A stretch of DNA of 64,000 bases from an uncultured Alphaproteobacteria bacterium (GTDB taxonomy: Bacteria > Pseudomonadota > Alphaproteobacteria > Rhodobacterales > Rhodobacteraceae), in contig CAVWAE010000020.1 in assembly GCA_963752895.1 (NCBI GenBank), forward strand, positions 60,878-124,877. Reading direction: 5' to 3'. The position numbers and the translations under genes were made by a program. Position 1 is the first letter of the stretch. Each line of letters begins with the position of its first letter. Positions 48,833 to 58,521 of this stretch are shown here, in pieces. The notes beneath the pieces are model-generated. The model worked only from the letters and a program-made list of their open reading frames with translations, was not told the origin of the DNA and did not search any database.

Positions 48833-49466
48833 CACCCCAAGACCGCGTATTGATTGCACCATCGGTCACGGATGCGCAACAAAACGCCCCCGTACTGGCC
48901 ACTGGTTCTGTTGTGAAAACGAACCCGTGACACCCCGGGATACGCCTTCCGCCCCGCGGATCAGTCCGCCGGTGCACATCGGCGTATGTGCACGGGGCGC
49001 CACCCGGCGCGGGCCGTTCGCTTGTTCGACCTGGCGCGGGGCCGACGGGACCGACGCCCAGGCGCCCGCCCCGGGGCCCGCGTGACCTTTCCTCGGGGCC
49101 CCGTATCGCGGCCCGGGCGCGCAGGGGCCAGACTGTCGCGCAGCGGCGCTTTCGCCCCCATCGGCCGCCCCACGGAATTGAATAAATCGAACGCGAATCA
49201 CGGCCGAATCGTGCAAGAAAACGCCATATTTCTCGCAGTTTCCCGACACCGCACCCGGGCTGAGAGGTCGTTAGCCCGGCCGAGTGTTGATGATTGTCTC
49301 CAATCGAACAACAATCGAACGTATTGCGGGGAATTATCTTGGAAAAATTACCATGAACAAAACGTTTCCGTGATTTAGGCAGAAATTGGGCATCGATATG
49401 GCAGACACCGGGCAGAAACCGGCGTAAATTGTGACCGGTGTGGTGTGTGTACCAGGGGGATCAAAC

Positions 49467-50168
49467 ATGACTTTTGAAGCGGGGCCGCTCCCGAACAGGG
49501 AGGCTGTACGCGTTGGCCGTCCGTCGCCGGGGGCGAACGGGCAGGCAAGGGTCCGGGAAATTCCGTTCGGCAAGCTCGTATTCGACAAGGTTTTTGCCGC
49601 TTTCGCGCTTTTCACGCTTGCACCTCTGTTGACCGCAATCGCGCTCGCGAACCGCTTTGGCGACCGCGGTCCGGTGTTCTACAAGCAGAAGCGCATCGGA
49701 CAAAACGGCAAACCGTTTTACTGTGTCAAGTTCCGCTCGATGCGTGTCGACAGCGCCGAAGTGCTCGCGGACTTGCTCGAAACCGATCCCGTCGCCCGGG
49801 CCGAGTGGGCGCGTGACCAGAAGCTGACCGACGACCCGCGTATCCATCCGGTCGGCCGGTTCCTGCGCAAGACCTCGCTCGACGAATTGCCGCAGTTCTG
49901 GAACGTGCTGAAAGGTGACATGTCGATCGTCGGCCCGCGGCCGATCATCGCCGAAGAGGCGCAGCGCTACGGCGTGCATTTCGCCGACTATTGTGCCGTG
50001 CGTCCGGGGATCACCGGGGCGTGGCAGGTGGGCGGCCGCAACCTCTTGAGCTATGACGAACGGGTCGCGCTGGATGTCGACTATGTGCGCAACGCGACGC
50101 TGCTCGACGACTTTCGTATTGTGCTGAGGACCTTTGCCGTGGTTCTGACACAAGAGGGTGCCAGCTGA
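49467..50168 (+). CDS. Polyprenyl-phosphate sugar-phosphate transferase (ExoY-like small priming transferase)
   Basis: ..FDKVFAAFALFTLAPLLTAIALA..PVFYKQKRIGQNGKPFYCVKFRSM..DPRIHPVGRFLRKTSLDELPQFWNVLKGDMSIVGPRP. The ATG at 49467 follows AGGGGGA; the ORF is open from the GTG at 49431. Confidence 0.85.
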   Translation: MTFEAGPLPNREAVRVGRPSPGANGQARVREIPFGKLVFDKVFAAFALFTLAPLLTAIALANRFGDRGPVFYKQKRIGQNGKPFYCVKFRSMRVDSAEVLADLLETDPVARAEWARDQKLTDDPRIHPVGRFLRKTSLDELPQFWNVLKGDMSIVGPRPIIAEEAQRYGVHFADYCAVRPGITGAWQVGGRNLLSYDERVALDVDYVRNATLLDDFRIVLRTFAVVLTQEGAS

Positions 50169-50204
50169 CCCGCCGGTCCGCATCACAGCCAAGAGCTACA
50201 CGAC

Positions 50205-51206
50205 ATGATAAAGACTGCAAGGGACGCGGATTGGACCGGCCGGGCCAGTGACCTGCCCGACCGCAACCGCGACAACCTGGGCCCCGCGGGGCCCATTCTA
50301 CGTGGTTTGCCGGAACCCAGCAGCGGCTTCCGCCTGGTCGTGGCGATCCCCTCCACCGGCCGCGCGCCGATCCTGCCCGACACCGTGCGCGCGATGGCAC
50401 TTCAGGACCGGTTGCCGGACCTGGTGATCCTGAGCCTCGCCTTCCCGGAGGACATCGGCGATCTCGACATCGAGACGCTGCCCTTTCCGGTCAAGGTGGT
50501 GATCGGGCGCAAGGGGGCAACCGCCCAGCGCAACCGGGTGTTCGAAGAACTCAACCCGGACGACATCGTGCTGATGCTCGACGACGATTTTCTGATGGCG
50601 CCGGACTACCTTCAAAAGACCCTCGAGGTCTTCCAGGACGATGCCGAGGTGGTGCTCGCCACCGGGACGGTGCTGGCCGACGGCATCCGCGGCCCCGGCT
50701 ACAGCCACGAACAGGGGCGCGCGCTGCTCGCCGACCTCAACACCGACAGCTTGCCCGACACGCTCACGCCCGCCTATTCGGGCTATGGCTGCAATTTCGC
50801 CTTCCGGATGTCGGTCGTGGCGGCCTACGAAATGTGGTTCGACGAGGACCTGCCGCTGTACTCCTGGCTTGAAGACGTGGATTTCTCGCGGCGCATCGCC
50901 CAATACGGCACGCTGGTGAAATCCGGCGCCATGCGCGGCGTGCATCTCGGCACCAAGACCGGGCGCACCCCGGGCGTGCGGCTCGGCTATTCGCAGATCG
51001 CCAACCCGGTCTATCTGCTGCGCAAGGGCTCGATGACGATCTGGCATGTGCTCGAGATGACCTCACGCAACATGCTCTCCAATATCCTGCACTCGGTCCG
51101 GCCGCCGGCCTATGCCGATTTCCGCGGCCGGTTGAAGGGCAACCTGATCGCCCTGACCGATCTCGTGCGCGGGAAGGTCTCTCCCGACCGGATTCTCGAC
51201 CTCTGA
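50205..51206 (+). CDS. GT-A-like (family 2-like) glycosyltransferase
   Basis: ..RLVVAIPSTGRAPILPDTVRAM..GATAQRNRV..IVLMLDDDFLMAPDY (DDD motif)..EDVDFSRR. Confidence 0.6.
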   Translation: MIKTARDADWTGRASDLPDRNRDNLGPAGPILRGLPEPSSGFRLVVAIPSTGRAPILPDTVRAMALQDRLPDLVILSLAFPEDIGDLDIETLPFPVKVVIGRKGATAQRNRVFEELNPDDIVLMLDDDFLMAPDYLQKTLEVFQDDAEVVLATGTVLADGIRGPGYSHEQGRALLADLNTDSLPDTLTPAYSGYGCNFAFRMSVVAAYEMWFDEDLPLYSWLEDVDFSRRIAQYGTLVKSGAMRGVHLGTKTGRTPGVRLGYSQIANPVYLLRKGSMTIWHVLEMTSRNMLSNILHSVRPPAYADFRGRLKGNLIALTDLVRGKVSPDRILDL

Positions 51207-51213
51207 GCGCGGG

Positions 51214-52449
51214 TCAGGCCCGGGTTTCAGCCAGGACCCGGGCGTATTGCGCCTCCAGCCCGTCGATCCAGCCGTCAGGCGTGGTGCCGAGCGCCGCCTC
51301 ACCGGAGTACCCGCGCGCACTCATCGCCCGCACCTCGCCGTCCGGCAGCCCCAGGACCCGGGCCACCGCCGCGTCGAAACTCGCAGGGTCGAACACGTCG
51401 AAGGCGAAGCCGAGCCCGGCGTCCTCCACTTCACCGGCCATGGCCGCGGTGTCGGAGGCGAGCACCGGCAGGCCGCTGGCCGCCGCTTCGGCGATGACCA
51501 GGGCGAAGGGTTCGGGGTGGCGCGAGGGCATGACGAGGGCGCGCGCGCGCGCGGCATAGGCCCCGAGCCCCGCCTTGTCGACCCAGCCGGCCAGCTCGAC
51601 CTGTGGATAGCGCGCCTCCAGCTCCGCCCGCATCGGCCCCTCCCCCACCGCGATGAGCGGGACGTTCGCGCGCGCAGCCGCGGCCGCCACTTCGCCCACC
51701 CCCTTGTCGGCTTCCAGCCGGCCGACATAGAGGAGTGCGGTGTTGGCCTCCGCAGGAATGCGTTCACGCGCGAACGGAACGACGGGGTTGCGCACCGTGA
51801 ACATCCGGTCGGCGCGGTATCCGGCACGACCAAGTTTTTCTTTCATCCCCGGGTGGATCACGATGATCCCACCCCAGCCGTCGAGCGTGCCGAGCGCCCC
51901 GTGCACCCGCGCTTCGCGCGCCACCCGCCAGAGCTTCTGGGCGTAGCTGCGCTTGTCGCAATGGGTGGTGATGCAGTCGAAGGAATTGGGCACCCGGTCA
52001 CAGGCCCGGTTCTTCCGGTAATCCATGTAGACGCCATTCGGGCAAGCGAGAAACATGTCATGCGCATGGAGCAGGGTGCGGCGCGCGACGGGTTTAAGCG
52101 CCGGAAAGACCGCGGGCGAGAAGATCTGCGCCCAGCTGTGGACATGGTAGAGCGTGTCGGGCGTGTCGCGGTGGGCCACGAAATCCGACACCAGCCGCGC
52201 GGCCGCCCGGTTATGCACCCCCTCGACGAGGGCGCGTTTGGCCGACAAATCCAACAACGGACGCGAGCCGAGCGCCACCACCTCGACGCCATGCGCGACA
52301 AGCTCCGGGTTGACCCCCTCATCGCCGCACAGCCAGATCACCTCGTGCCCGCGGTCGGCCAGCGCCTTGGCCGACATGACGGCGAGCACCGCAGTGCCGC
52401 CGCGCGCGACGCTGTCGTCGTTCACGACGACGATGCGGCGTTTGTTCAT
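51214..52449 (-). CDS. Family 4 glycosyltransferase
   Basis: Start at MNKRRIVVVNDDSVARGGTAVLA (ATG at 52449). C-terminal ..LYVGRLEADKG..ALVMPSRHPEPFALVIAEAAASGLPVLASDT. Confidence 0.8.
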   Translation of the reverse strand: MNKRRIVVVNDDSVARGGTAVLAVMSAKALADRGHEVIWLCGDEGVNPELVAHGVEVVALGSRPLLDLSAKRALVEGVHNRAAARLVSDFVAHRDTPDTLYHVHSWAQIFSPAVFPALKPVARRTLLHAHDMFLACPNGVYMDYRKNRACDRVPNSFDCITTHCDKRSYAQKLWRVAREARVHGALGTLDGWGGIIVIHPGMKEKLGRAGYRADRMFTVRNPVVPFARERIPAEANTALLYVGRLEADKGVGEVAAAAARANVPLIAVGEGPMRAELEARYPQVELAGWVDKAGLGAYAARARALVMPSRHPEPFALVIAEAAASGLPVLASDTAAMAGEVEDAGLGFAFDVFDPASFDAAVARVLGLPDGEVRAMSARGYSGEAALGTTPDGWIDGLEAQYARVLAETRA

Positions 52450-52683
52450 CGGATCTCCCACACGATCTCTCACACACGGCACTTGGGTCGGTCGCGCACA
52501 GAAATCGCGCAAAAGCCGCGCGAGGGCCAGTCAAAATCGGGCAACAGGGTGTTGCCTTGCCGGATTGACACAGATTGGCGCCCGAACCGGAGACCGCAGG
52601 CGCATCGCCGGGCGGACAGGGCTCGCAGACACGATCCGTTCACAAGGATGCATTCGGAATGCCCGAGATCCGGAGGTCTACGA

Positions 52684-52714
52684 GGCCTAGGGGCCTAGGG
52701 GCCTAGGGGCCTAG
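52684..52714. repeat. Tandem octamer repeat GGCCTAGG, 3.9 copies
   Basis: Read directly. Lies about 235 bp upstream of the GT4 start (52449) and about 135 bp downstream of the GH stop (52848). Shares the CTAGGGG core with 12946-13000. Confidence 0.95.
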
Positions 52715-52847
52715 TGCAGCGCTGACGCAACATTATAAAGCCATTTCAGACAGTTGCATGGGACCTCGCGCGCGACGGATTTCTCTCGAGCCAGGCAGGA
52801 TATGCAATCGGCCAACCGCGGCGACCGCGCAACGGTGGGCCGCCGCC

Positions 52848-54512
52848 CTATTCCGCGCGCCGCAGCGTGAACCTGTAATCGCTCGTATCGCCATGCGGCG
52901 AGTCGCCGGGGCCGACAACGATCTCCAGCACGTCGCCCGTCGCCAGCGCGATCCGTGGCAGCGTCATCTCCGTCTTTTCGCGGACGATGGTTTCGGCGAG
53001 CGCGATCCCGTTGTGGCGGACCGAGATCGTCACGCCGTCGGAGCTTTCGGGTGTGGGCGATACCCGGGCCTCGAGCGCGAGCGCCATGGCCTGGGGCGCG
53101 GTGAAGGCATGGACGATCTCGGCCGCCACCCCGTCCCACATCGAGGGCTGCAGGAACTCCGCATCCATGCGCAGGGAGCCGTCGCGCTCTGTGGTGAGAT
53201 ACGGGGTCCAGGGCACGCCGCCGGTCTGCTGGCCGGGCCCGAGGATGAAGGGCACCTGCTGCCCGCCGACACGGATGAACCGCGCGAACCCGTGGCGCTG
53301 CGCGCCGGGATAGGCGAACTGGTCAAAGCTGTCGGCCACCACCTGCTGCGGGCCGAGCCTCAGGTTTTCGCCCAGCCGCGGGGCGGGCCCGTCCGAGAGC
53401 ACCACCAGCGGCCAATCGGGGCTGAGGCGAGGCTGCGCGACGGGCTGGCCGGAGAGGTCCCGCACCACCAGGCCCGGGTCGTCCGGCACCAACGCCCGGT
53501 CCGCGCCCCAGATCACCAGCGCCCGGTCCCCGAACCGGCAGGCATAGGTGAACGGGTCCGGCGCGCCGTCGGTAACCTCGCGCCCCTGCAACTCGGCCTG
53601 GATCATCTGCCAGGTGCGGCCCACCGGTGTGACCGATCCGTCGTCTTCGAGCAGTGGGACGTAGCCGTCGCCGCGGGCGCTGAGCGGATACCAGGTGACA
53701 TTGGTCACCCCGGCAAGCGCCGCCTGGCAATAGGTTTTCATCAACAGCGCCTGTGCCTTGGCCGCCTCGACCGTCCCGATCTCGGTGATCTCGATCGGCA
53801 GGGTGTCGAACCCCGGCACCGCGCGCAGAAGCGCGACCTGGCGGCGGAGCTGTTCGGGCGCCGTGGTGTAGGGATGCAGCGCGATGCTGTCCATGAAAGG
53901 CCCGGCCCCGTCCGCCGACAAGGCGCCGAACCAGGCAAGCGGGATCGAATGCGCCGCCCCGCCGAGGATCCGCAGCTCGGGACGGGCGGCCCGCACGGCG
54001 CCGTACGTGGCCTTCAGGAGCGCCGCGTAATAGCCTGCGCGGCCCTCGATGTCGGCCTCGCGCGCCGGTCCTTCGGTGAAGCTTTCGCTGTTCATCTCGT
54101 TGCCCACTTCGACCGCATCGACAGCCGGGAAGCGCCGCGCCGTCTCGGCGAAGAAATCCGCGAAGGCCGTCACCGCCGGGGCCGTGTAGGGGGTCGCGCC
54201 CGCGTCGTGATCGGGGTGCTCGCCGACGGCGATCAGGGTGAGCTTCATGCCCGCCGCCGCCATCCGCTCGGGATAGGTCAGGATCTCGTGATCGAACACG
54301 TAAACGCCGTCGCGCTCGGCGAAATCCCAGTGGATCTCGTCGCGCAGCGCGGTGAACCCCTCGGCTCGGGCCGCGTCGAACACCACCTGGTTCCAGGTCT
54401 GGCCGAAATTCGACGCCGCCTGCAATTCCGGCCCAACGCCTGGCTCCCGTGCAGGTTCCGCGACCGCACCGGTCGCGGCCAGGACAAACCCCAAGACCCA
54501 ATTGAAACGCAT
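52848..54512 (-). CDS. Secreted clan GH-A-like glycoside hydrolase with C-terminal beta-rich domain
   Basis: Signal peptide MRFNWVLGFVLAATGAVAEP. Candidate acid/base AVEVGNEMN and candidate nucleophile PIEITEIG, with (beta/alpha)8-like spacing between them. Confidence 0.55.
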   Translation of the reverse strand: MRFNWVLGFVLAATGAVAEPAREPGVGPELQAASNFGQTWNQVVFDAARAEGFTALRDEIHWDFAERDGVYVFDHEILTYPERMAAAGMKLTLIAVGEHPDHDAGATPYTAPAVTAFADFFAETARRFPAVDAVEVGNEMNSESFTEGPAREADIEGRAGYYAALLKATYGAVRAARPELRILGGAAHSIPLAWFGALSADGAGPFMDSIALHPYTTAPEQLRRQVALLRAVPGFDTLPIEITEIGTVEAAKAQALLMKTYCQAALAGVTNVTWYPLSARGDGYVPLLEDDGSVTPVGRTWQMIQAELQGREVTDGAPDPFTYACRFGDRALVIWGADRALVPDDPGLVVRDLSGQPVAQPRLSPDWPLVVLSDGPAPRLGENLRLGPQQVVADSFDQFAYPGAQRHGFARFIRVGGQQVPFILGPGQQTGGVPWTPYLTTERDGSLRMDAEFLQPSMWDGVAAEIVHAFTAPQAMALALEARVSPTPESSDGVTISVRHNGIALAETIVREKTEMTLPRIALATGDVLEIVVGPGDSPHGDTSDYRFTLRRAE

Positions 54513-54633
54513 GATACCCCCCCGAAACCTGACACGCGCGCGAGACTGCCCGAGCCGCGGTCCCCGTGCAACCGGGCTTCACAGCGACCCGCGTTTGCGG
54601 CAGGTAGGGGCGACGTGGCAAGAAGGGGCCGGT

Positions 54634-56049
54634 TTGCAGTTTGTTCCCAGTACCCCGATCGCATTCGTGGCGATCGTCCTGCTCCTGGTCCTCGGCGCGC
54701 GCCGCGGGGCCTGGGTGTTCTTTGCCCTCCTGCCGTTCGGGGCCGCGGCGGCGTTCAACCTGCCGGCCCTCGGCGGCGCCTCGATCATCGTGGCAGACCT
54801 GGCCGCTGTGGCGATGTTCGTGATCCTCATTCTCACCCCCGGGGCCGGCTCCAGCCTGATCGGCAGCGTGCGCCCCTGGCAGCCGGGGTTTTTCCTCACC
54901 CTGGTGATCGTGATCTCAGCCTTCTCGGCGATCTTCGCGCCGCGGTTCTTTGCCGGCCTCACCGAGGTCTTCTCGATCGCCCGCGACGAAAGCCGCGACA
55001 CGATCGTGCGCAACCCGCTGGGTCCCTCGGCGGGCAACATCACCCAGCTGTTCCGGCTGATGCTGGGCTACCTCGTGTTCATCGGCCTCGCCACCGCCTT
55101 CCGCCGCGCGCCGCAAGCGGGCTCGCTGGTCGCGGCGATGATCGTTGCCACCTCGGTGCATTTCGCGATGGGCTGGATCGACGTCCTCACCTATGCCGCC
55201 GGCCTCGACAACCTGCTCGAGTTCATCCGCACCGCCAATTACACGATCCGCGTGACCGACACGATGGCGGGCGTGAAGCGGATGATCGGCGGCTTCCCCG
55301 AGGCGTCGAGCTTCGGCTTCTTCTCGCTGGGCCTGTTCGGATTCTGGCTGCAATACTGGCTGAGCATGCACCGTTCGCGCGCCGCGCCCTGGATGCTCGT
55401 CCTGGCCACCATCACGGTGCTGCGCTCGACCTCGTCGTCGGCCTATCTGTCGCTGATCGTCTTCCTGGTCGGCTTCGCGATCTTCAACTTCTTTCGGTTC
55501 CTGCGGCCCGAGGCGGAGCGCCGGTCGGTCGCCGTGACGGTGGCAGGTGCGCTCCTGCTCTGGTTCGCCGCGGTCGGCGCGACCGCGAGCTACCAGATGG
55601 TCGAACCCGTCACCGCCTTTTTCGACGACATGTTGTTCGACAAGATGGAATTGGACTCGGGCGTCGAACGGATGAGCTGGAACACCCAGGCGCTCACCAA
55701 TTTCCGCGACACCTTTGGGCTCGGCGCCGGGCTCGGCTCGGTGCGCGCCTCGAACTGGCTGATCGCCTGCCTCGGCTCGATCGGGGCGCTCGGCACGGCG
55801 CTGTTCGTGGCCTTCCTCACCGCATTCCTGCTGAGCCCGGCCGGGCCTGCCGGCGATGCGCGCCACGCGTCGATCCGCGGGGCCAAGGCCGGTGTCTTCG
55901 CGATGCTGTCGTCGGCCGTGCTGACCCATTCGACCCCCGACCTCGGCTTGTTCATCTTCGCACTCGCCGGTGCGGCCACCGGATTGTCACGCGCCGCGAC
56001 GGTGGAATCGGTCCAGCCCGACCGCCGGTCGCCGGCGCCACGATCCTGA
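54634..56049 (+). CDS. O-antigen ligase/polymerase-like (Wzy/ExoQ-type) polytopic membrane protein
   Basis: About 10 or more hydrophobic segments, with a large loop ..IRVTDTMAGVKRMIGGFPEASSFGFF... TTG start at 54634 behind AGAAGGGG; the ORF is open from 54352. Confidence 0.6.
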   Translation: MQFVPSTPIAFVAIVLLLVLGARRGAWVFFALLPFGAAAAFNLPALGGASIIVADLAAVAMFVILILTPGAGSSLIGSVRPWQPGFFLTLVIVISAFSAIFAPRFFAGLTEVFSIARDESRDTIVRNPLGPSAGNITQLFRLMLGYLVFIGLATAFRRAPQAGSLVAAMIVATSVHFAMGWIDVLTYAAGLDNLLEFIRTANYTIRVTDTMAGVKRMIGGFPEASSFGFFSLGLFGFWLQYWLSMHRSRAAPWMLVLATITVLRSTSSSAYLSLIVFLVGFAIFNFFRFLRPEAERRSVAVTVAGALLLWFAAVGATASYQMVEPVTAFFDDMLFDKMELDSGVERMSWNTQALTNFRDTFGLGAGLGSVRASNWLIACLGSIGALGTALFVAFLTAFLLSPAGPAGDARHASIRGAKAGVFAMLSSAVLTHSTPDLGLFIFALAGAATGLSRAATVESVQPDRRSPAPRS

Positions 56050-56384
56050 CACAATGTTGCCGTCAGAATGCCAGTTGATTTCAGGCGTTTGGCATTGTTT
56101 CCAAGGAACGGCCGGAATTGACCAAAAATCCATAAATGATTGACAGAACGTGAAGAACCACCGCATCTGGAACAGGGAAACGGGTGCAGGGTAGCGAGTG
56201 AAGGTGGTGATTGTAACGACCGCTGGGGGGCGGTATGCATGACACCCGGCTGGGGGCGACGCAATTCAACGTCATGTTCCGGCCGGGTCGACGCGCCGAA
56301 CGCGACGCCGGACCGTGCCGGCCGCGCCGGCAGACCCCACATTGCCACCTGATGTGAACGCGCCGCGGCGCAAGGAGGAACTAA

Positions 56385-58505
56385 GTGTCCAGGATGGATG
56401 TGCATTCGCCCATTCCAGCCCGCGTGACGACGCAGACGGCCGATGCCGACCGCGTCGATGTGCGCGGTCTCTTGCGTGCGATCTTCGGCCGCCGCCTGCT
56501 GATCGTGGGCCTCATGCTGCTGTTCGGCGCGCTGGCCTATTTCACCGCCAACCTGATGGAGCCGGTCTACACCGCCCATTCCAAGGTCATTCTCGCGCCG
56601 CGCAACGTCCAGGTCAGCCAGACCGACGCGGTGGTGTCGAGCGTGGACGTGACCGAACCCGAGATCTTCTCGGAAATGTCGGTGATGCGGTCGAACACCC
56701 TTCTGGGCGACCTGATCGACCAGATCGGCCTCAACCGGCTCGAGAGCCTCTACTACGACCAGCCCCGCACCGATAACACCCGCGAGAACCGGGTCGCCTC
56801 GCTGATCGACCAGATCCGTGAAAACCTGCGCGTCCAGCGCGAGGCGGAAAGCTTCGTGGTGATGATCCGGTTCGACGGCAACGATGCCGAGCTCGTCGCC
56901 GCTGTCGCCAACGGCATCGCAGATACCTATATCAACCAGGAACTCTCCAGCCGCCGCGACAGCGTGCGCCAGGCGACGGTCTGGATCCAGGAACTCGTGA
57001 CGGAAGCCCAGCTCGACGTGCAGCGCACCGAGACCGCGCTCACCGCGGCCCGCGCCCAGAGCCTTCAGACCGAAGGGTCGAGCTACGACAACGCCAACCA
57101 GCAGCTCGGCAACCTGACCAGCGAGCTCGCCGTCGCCCGGGCCGGTCTGGCGGCCGCCCAGGCCACCTATGACCAGCTCGAAGCCGTGCGCGCCCGCGAG
57201 GGGGCCCAGGGCCTTGCCATGGCCATGACCTCGCCGATGCTCGAAAACCTGCTCTCGGACCGGCTGGACGCCCAGCGCAAGGACGACGAATGGGCCCGCA
57301 GTTTCGGCCCGGACCACCCGCAACGGATGCGCCTGCTCGACCAGATCGAAGGCATCGACGCCCAGCTCGAGATCGAGGCCCGCAGGGTCATCGAACAGCG
57401 CGCGGGCGATGTCATCGTGGCGCAGTCGCGCATGGACTCGCTTGCCGCCTCGGTGCAGCAGCTCGAAGACCAGCTCGCGGGCATCTCGGGCAACACCGTC
57501 GGCCTGCGCCAGCTCGAACTCGAGGCCGCGGCCGCCCGGCAATATTACGAGACCCTGCTCGCGCGCCTCAGCTCCGCGACCGGCCAGGACAAGCTGCAAC
57601 TGCCCGAGGCCCGGGTGATCGACCGCGCCCCGGTTCCGGAAGCGCCGACCGCGCCGCGGCCCAAACTGCTCGGCGCCTTCGGCGGCCTGCTCGGCCTCAC
57701 CGTCGCGATCATCGCTGCCGTGGTCATGGAAATGACCCGCTCGACCTTTCGCACCCGGCGCGAGATCGAGGCCCAGACCGGGCACCGGGTGCTGGCCACC
57801 CTGCCCCGGATGCGCGGCCGCGACATGCGCCGGATCATCACCAACCTGCGCGGCAAGTCGAACACCGTGTTCGGCGAGCGGATGCGCCAGCTCAAGACCG
57901 TGCTGCTCATGCGCCGCGGCGGCTTCGACAAGCAGGTCATCATGGTCGCCTCGTCGCGGCCCGACGAAGGCAAGTCACTGGTGGCGATGGCGCTCGCCGA
58001 GATGGCCGTGCTGGCCGGCAAGGAGGTCGTCGTGGTCGACGGCGACCTGCGCTGCTCGTCGCTGGTGAAAAACTTCGGCTGGACTCCGCAACACGACTTC
58101 GCCGATTTCGTGCTCGAACGTTGCGCGCTGGACGAAGCGATCCTGACCGACGAGGAACTGGGCATCAACGTGCTGCCAACCGCCCACCACAGCGTCGAAG
58201 CCGCCGACGAACTCAACGTCGACTGGCTCGCGCCGATGATGGACGAACTGAAGGCCGTCTATGACGTGGTCATCATCGACAGCCCGCCGCTTCTCGAAGT
58301 GGCCGACGGGCTGGTGCTGGCCCGGGTGGCCGACAGCATCGTCTACGTCGTGCGCTGGGACAAGACCCCGCGCCAGGCGGTCGCGGAAGGGTTGGAGGCG
58401 CTGGCGGCCATGCGTCTCGGTGTGGCGGGGATCGTTCTCAACCGCGCCGATCCGAAATATACGGAGAATTCCAGCGGGGGACCCTATGCTGCCTACGCTA
58501 AGTAA
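56385..58505 (+). CDS. ExoP-like polysaccharide co-polymerase fused to a BY-type tyrosine autokinase
   Basis: GTG start behind AAGGAGGA. Wzz-like N-terminus with TM, coiled coils, PVPEAPTAPRP plus TM. Kinase domain has Walker A SSRPDEGKS, A' VVVVDGDLR, B VVIIDSPPLL, and a tail YTENSSGGPYAAYAK. Confidence 0.82.
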   Translation: MSRMDVHSPIPARVTTQTADADRVDVRGLLRAIFGRRLLIVGLMLLFGALAYFTANLMEPVYTAHSKVILAPRNVQVSQTDAVVSSVDVTEPEIFSEMSVMRSNTLLGDLIDQIGLNRLESLYYDQPRTDNTRENRVASLIDQIRENLRVQREAESFVVMIRFDGNDAELVAAVANGIADTYINQELSSRRDSVRQATVWIQELVTEAQLDVQRTETALTAARAQSLQTEGSSYDNANQQLGNLTSELAVARAGLAAAQATYDQLEAVRAREGAQGLAMAMTSPMLENLLSDRLDAQRKDDEWARSFGPDHPQRMRLLDQIEGIDAQLEIEARRVIEQRAGDVIVAQSRMDSLAASVQQLEDQLAGISGNTVGLRQLELEAAAARQYYETLLARLSSATGQDKLQLPEARVIDRAPVPEAPTAPRPKLLGAFGGLLGLTVAIIAAVVMEMTRSTFRTRREIEAQTGHRVLATLPRMRGRDMRRIITNLRGKSNTVFGERMRQLKTVLLMRRGGFDKQVIMVASSRPDEGKSLVAMALAEMAVLAGKEVVVVDGDLRCSSLVKNFGWTPQHDFADFVLERCALDEAILTDEELGINVLPTAHHSVEAADELNVDWLAPMMDELKAVYDVVIIDSPPLLEVADGLVLARVADSIVYVVRWDKTPRQAVAEGLEALAAMRLGVAGIVLNRADPKYTENSSGGPYAAYAK

Positions 58506-58521
58506 CGAGGACAATGTTTCG

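Noticed and set aside
56130-56170. TTGACA at about 56139 as the -35 element of the exoP-like gene promoter.
   Set aside because: No convincing -10 element lies at 16-18 bp. A single hexamer match is not enough to call a promoter.
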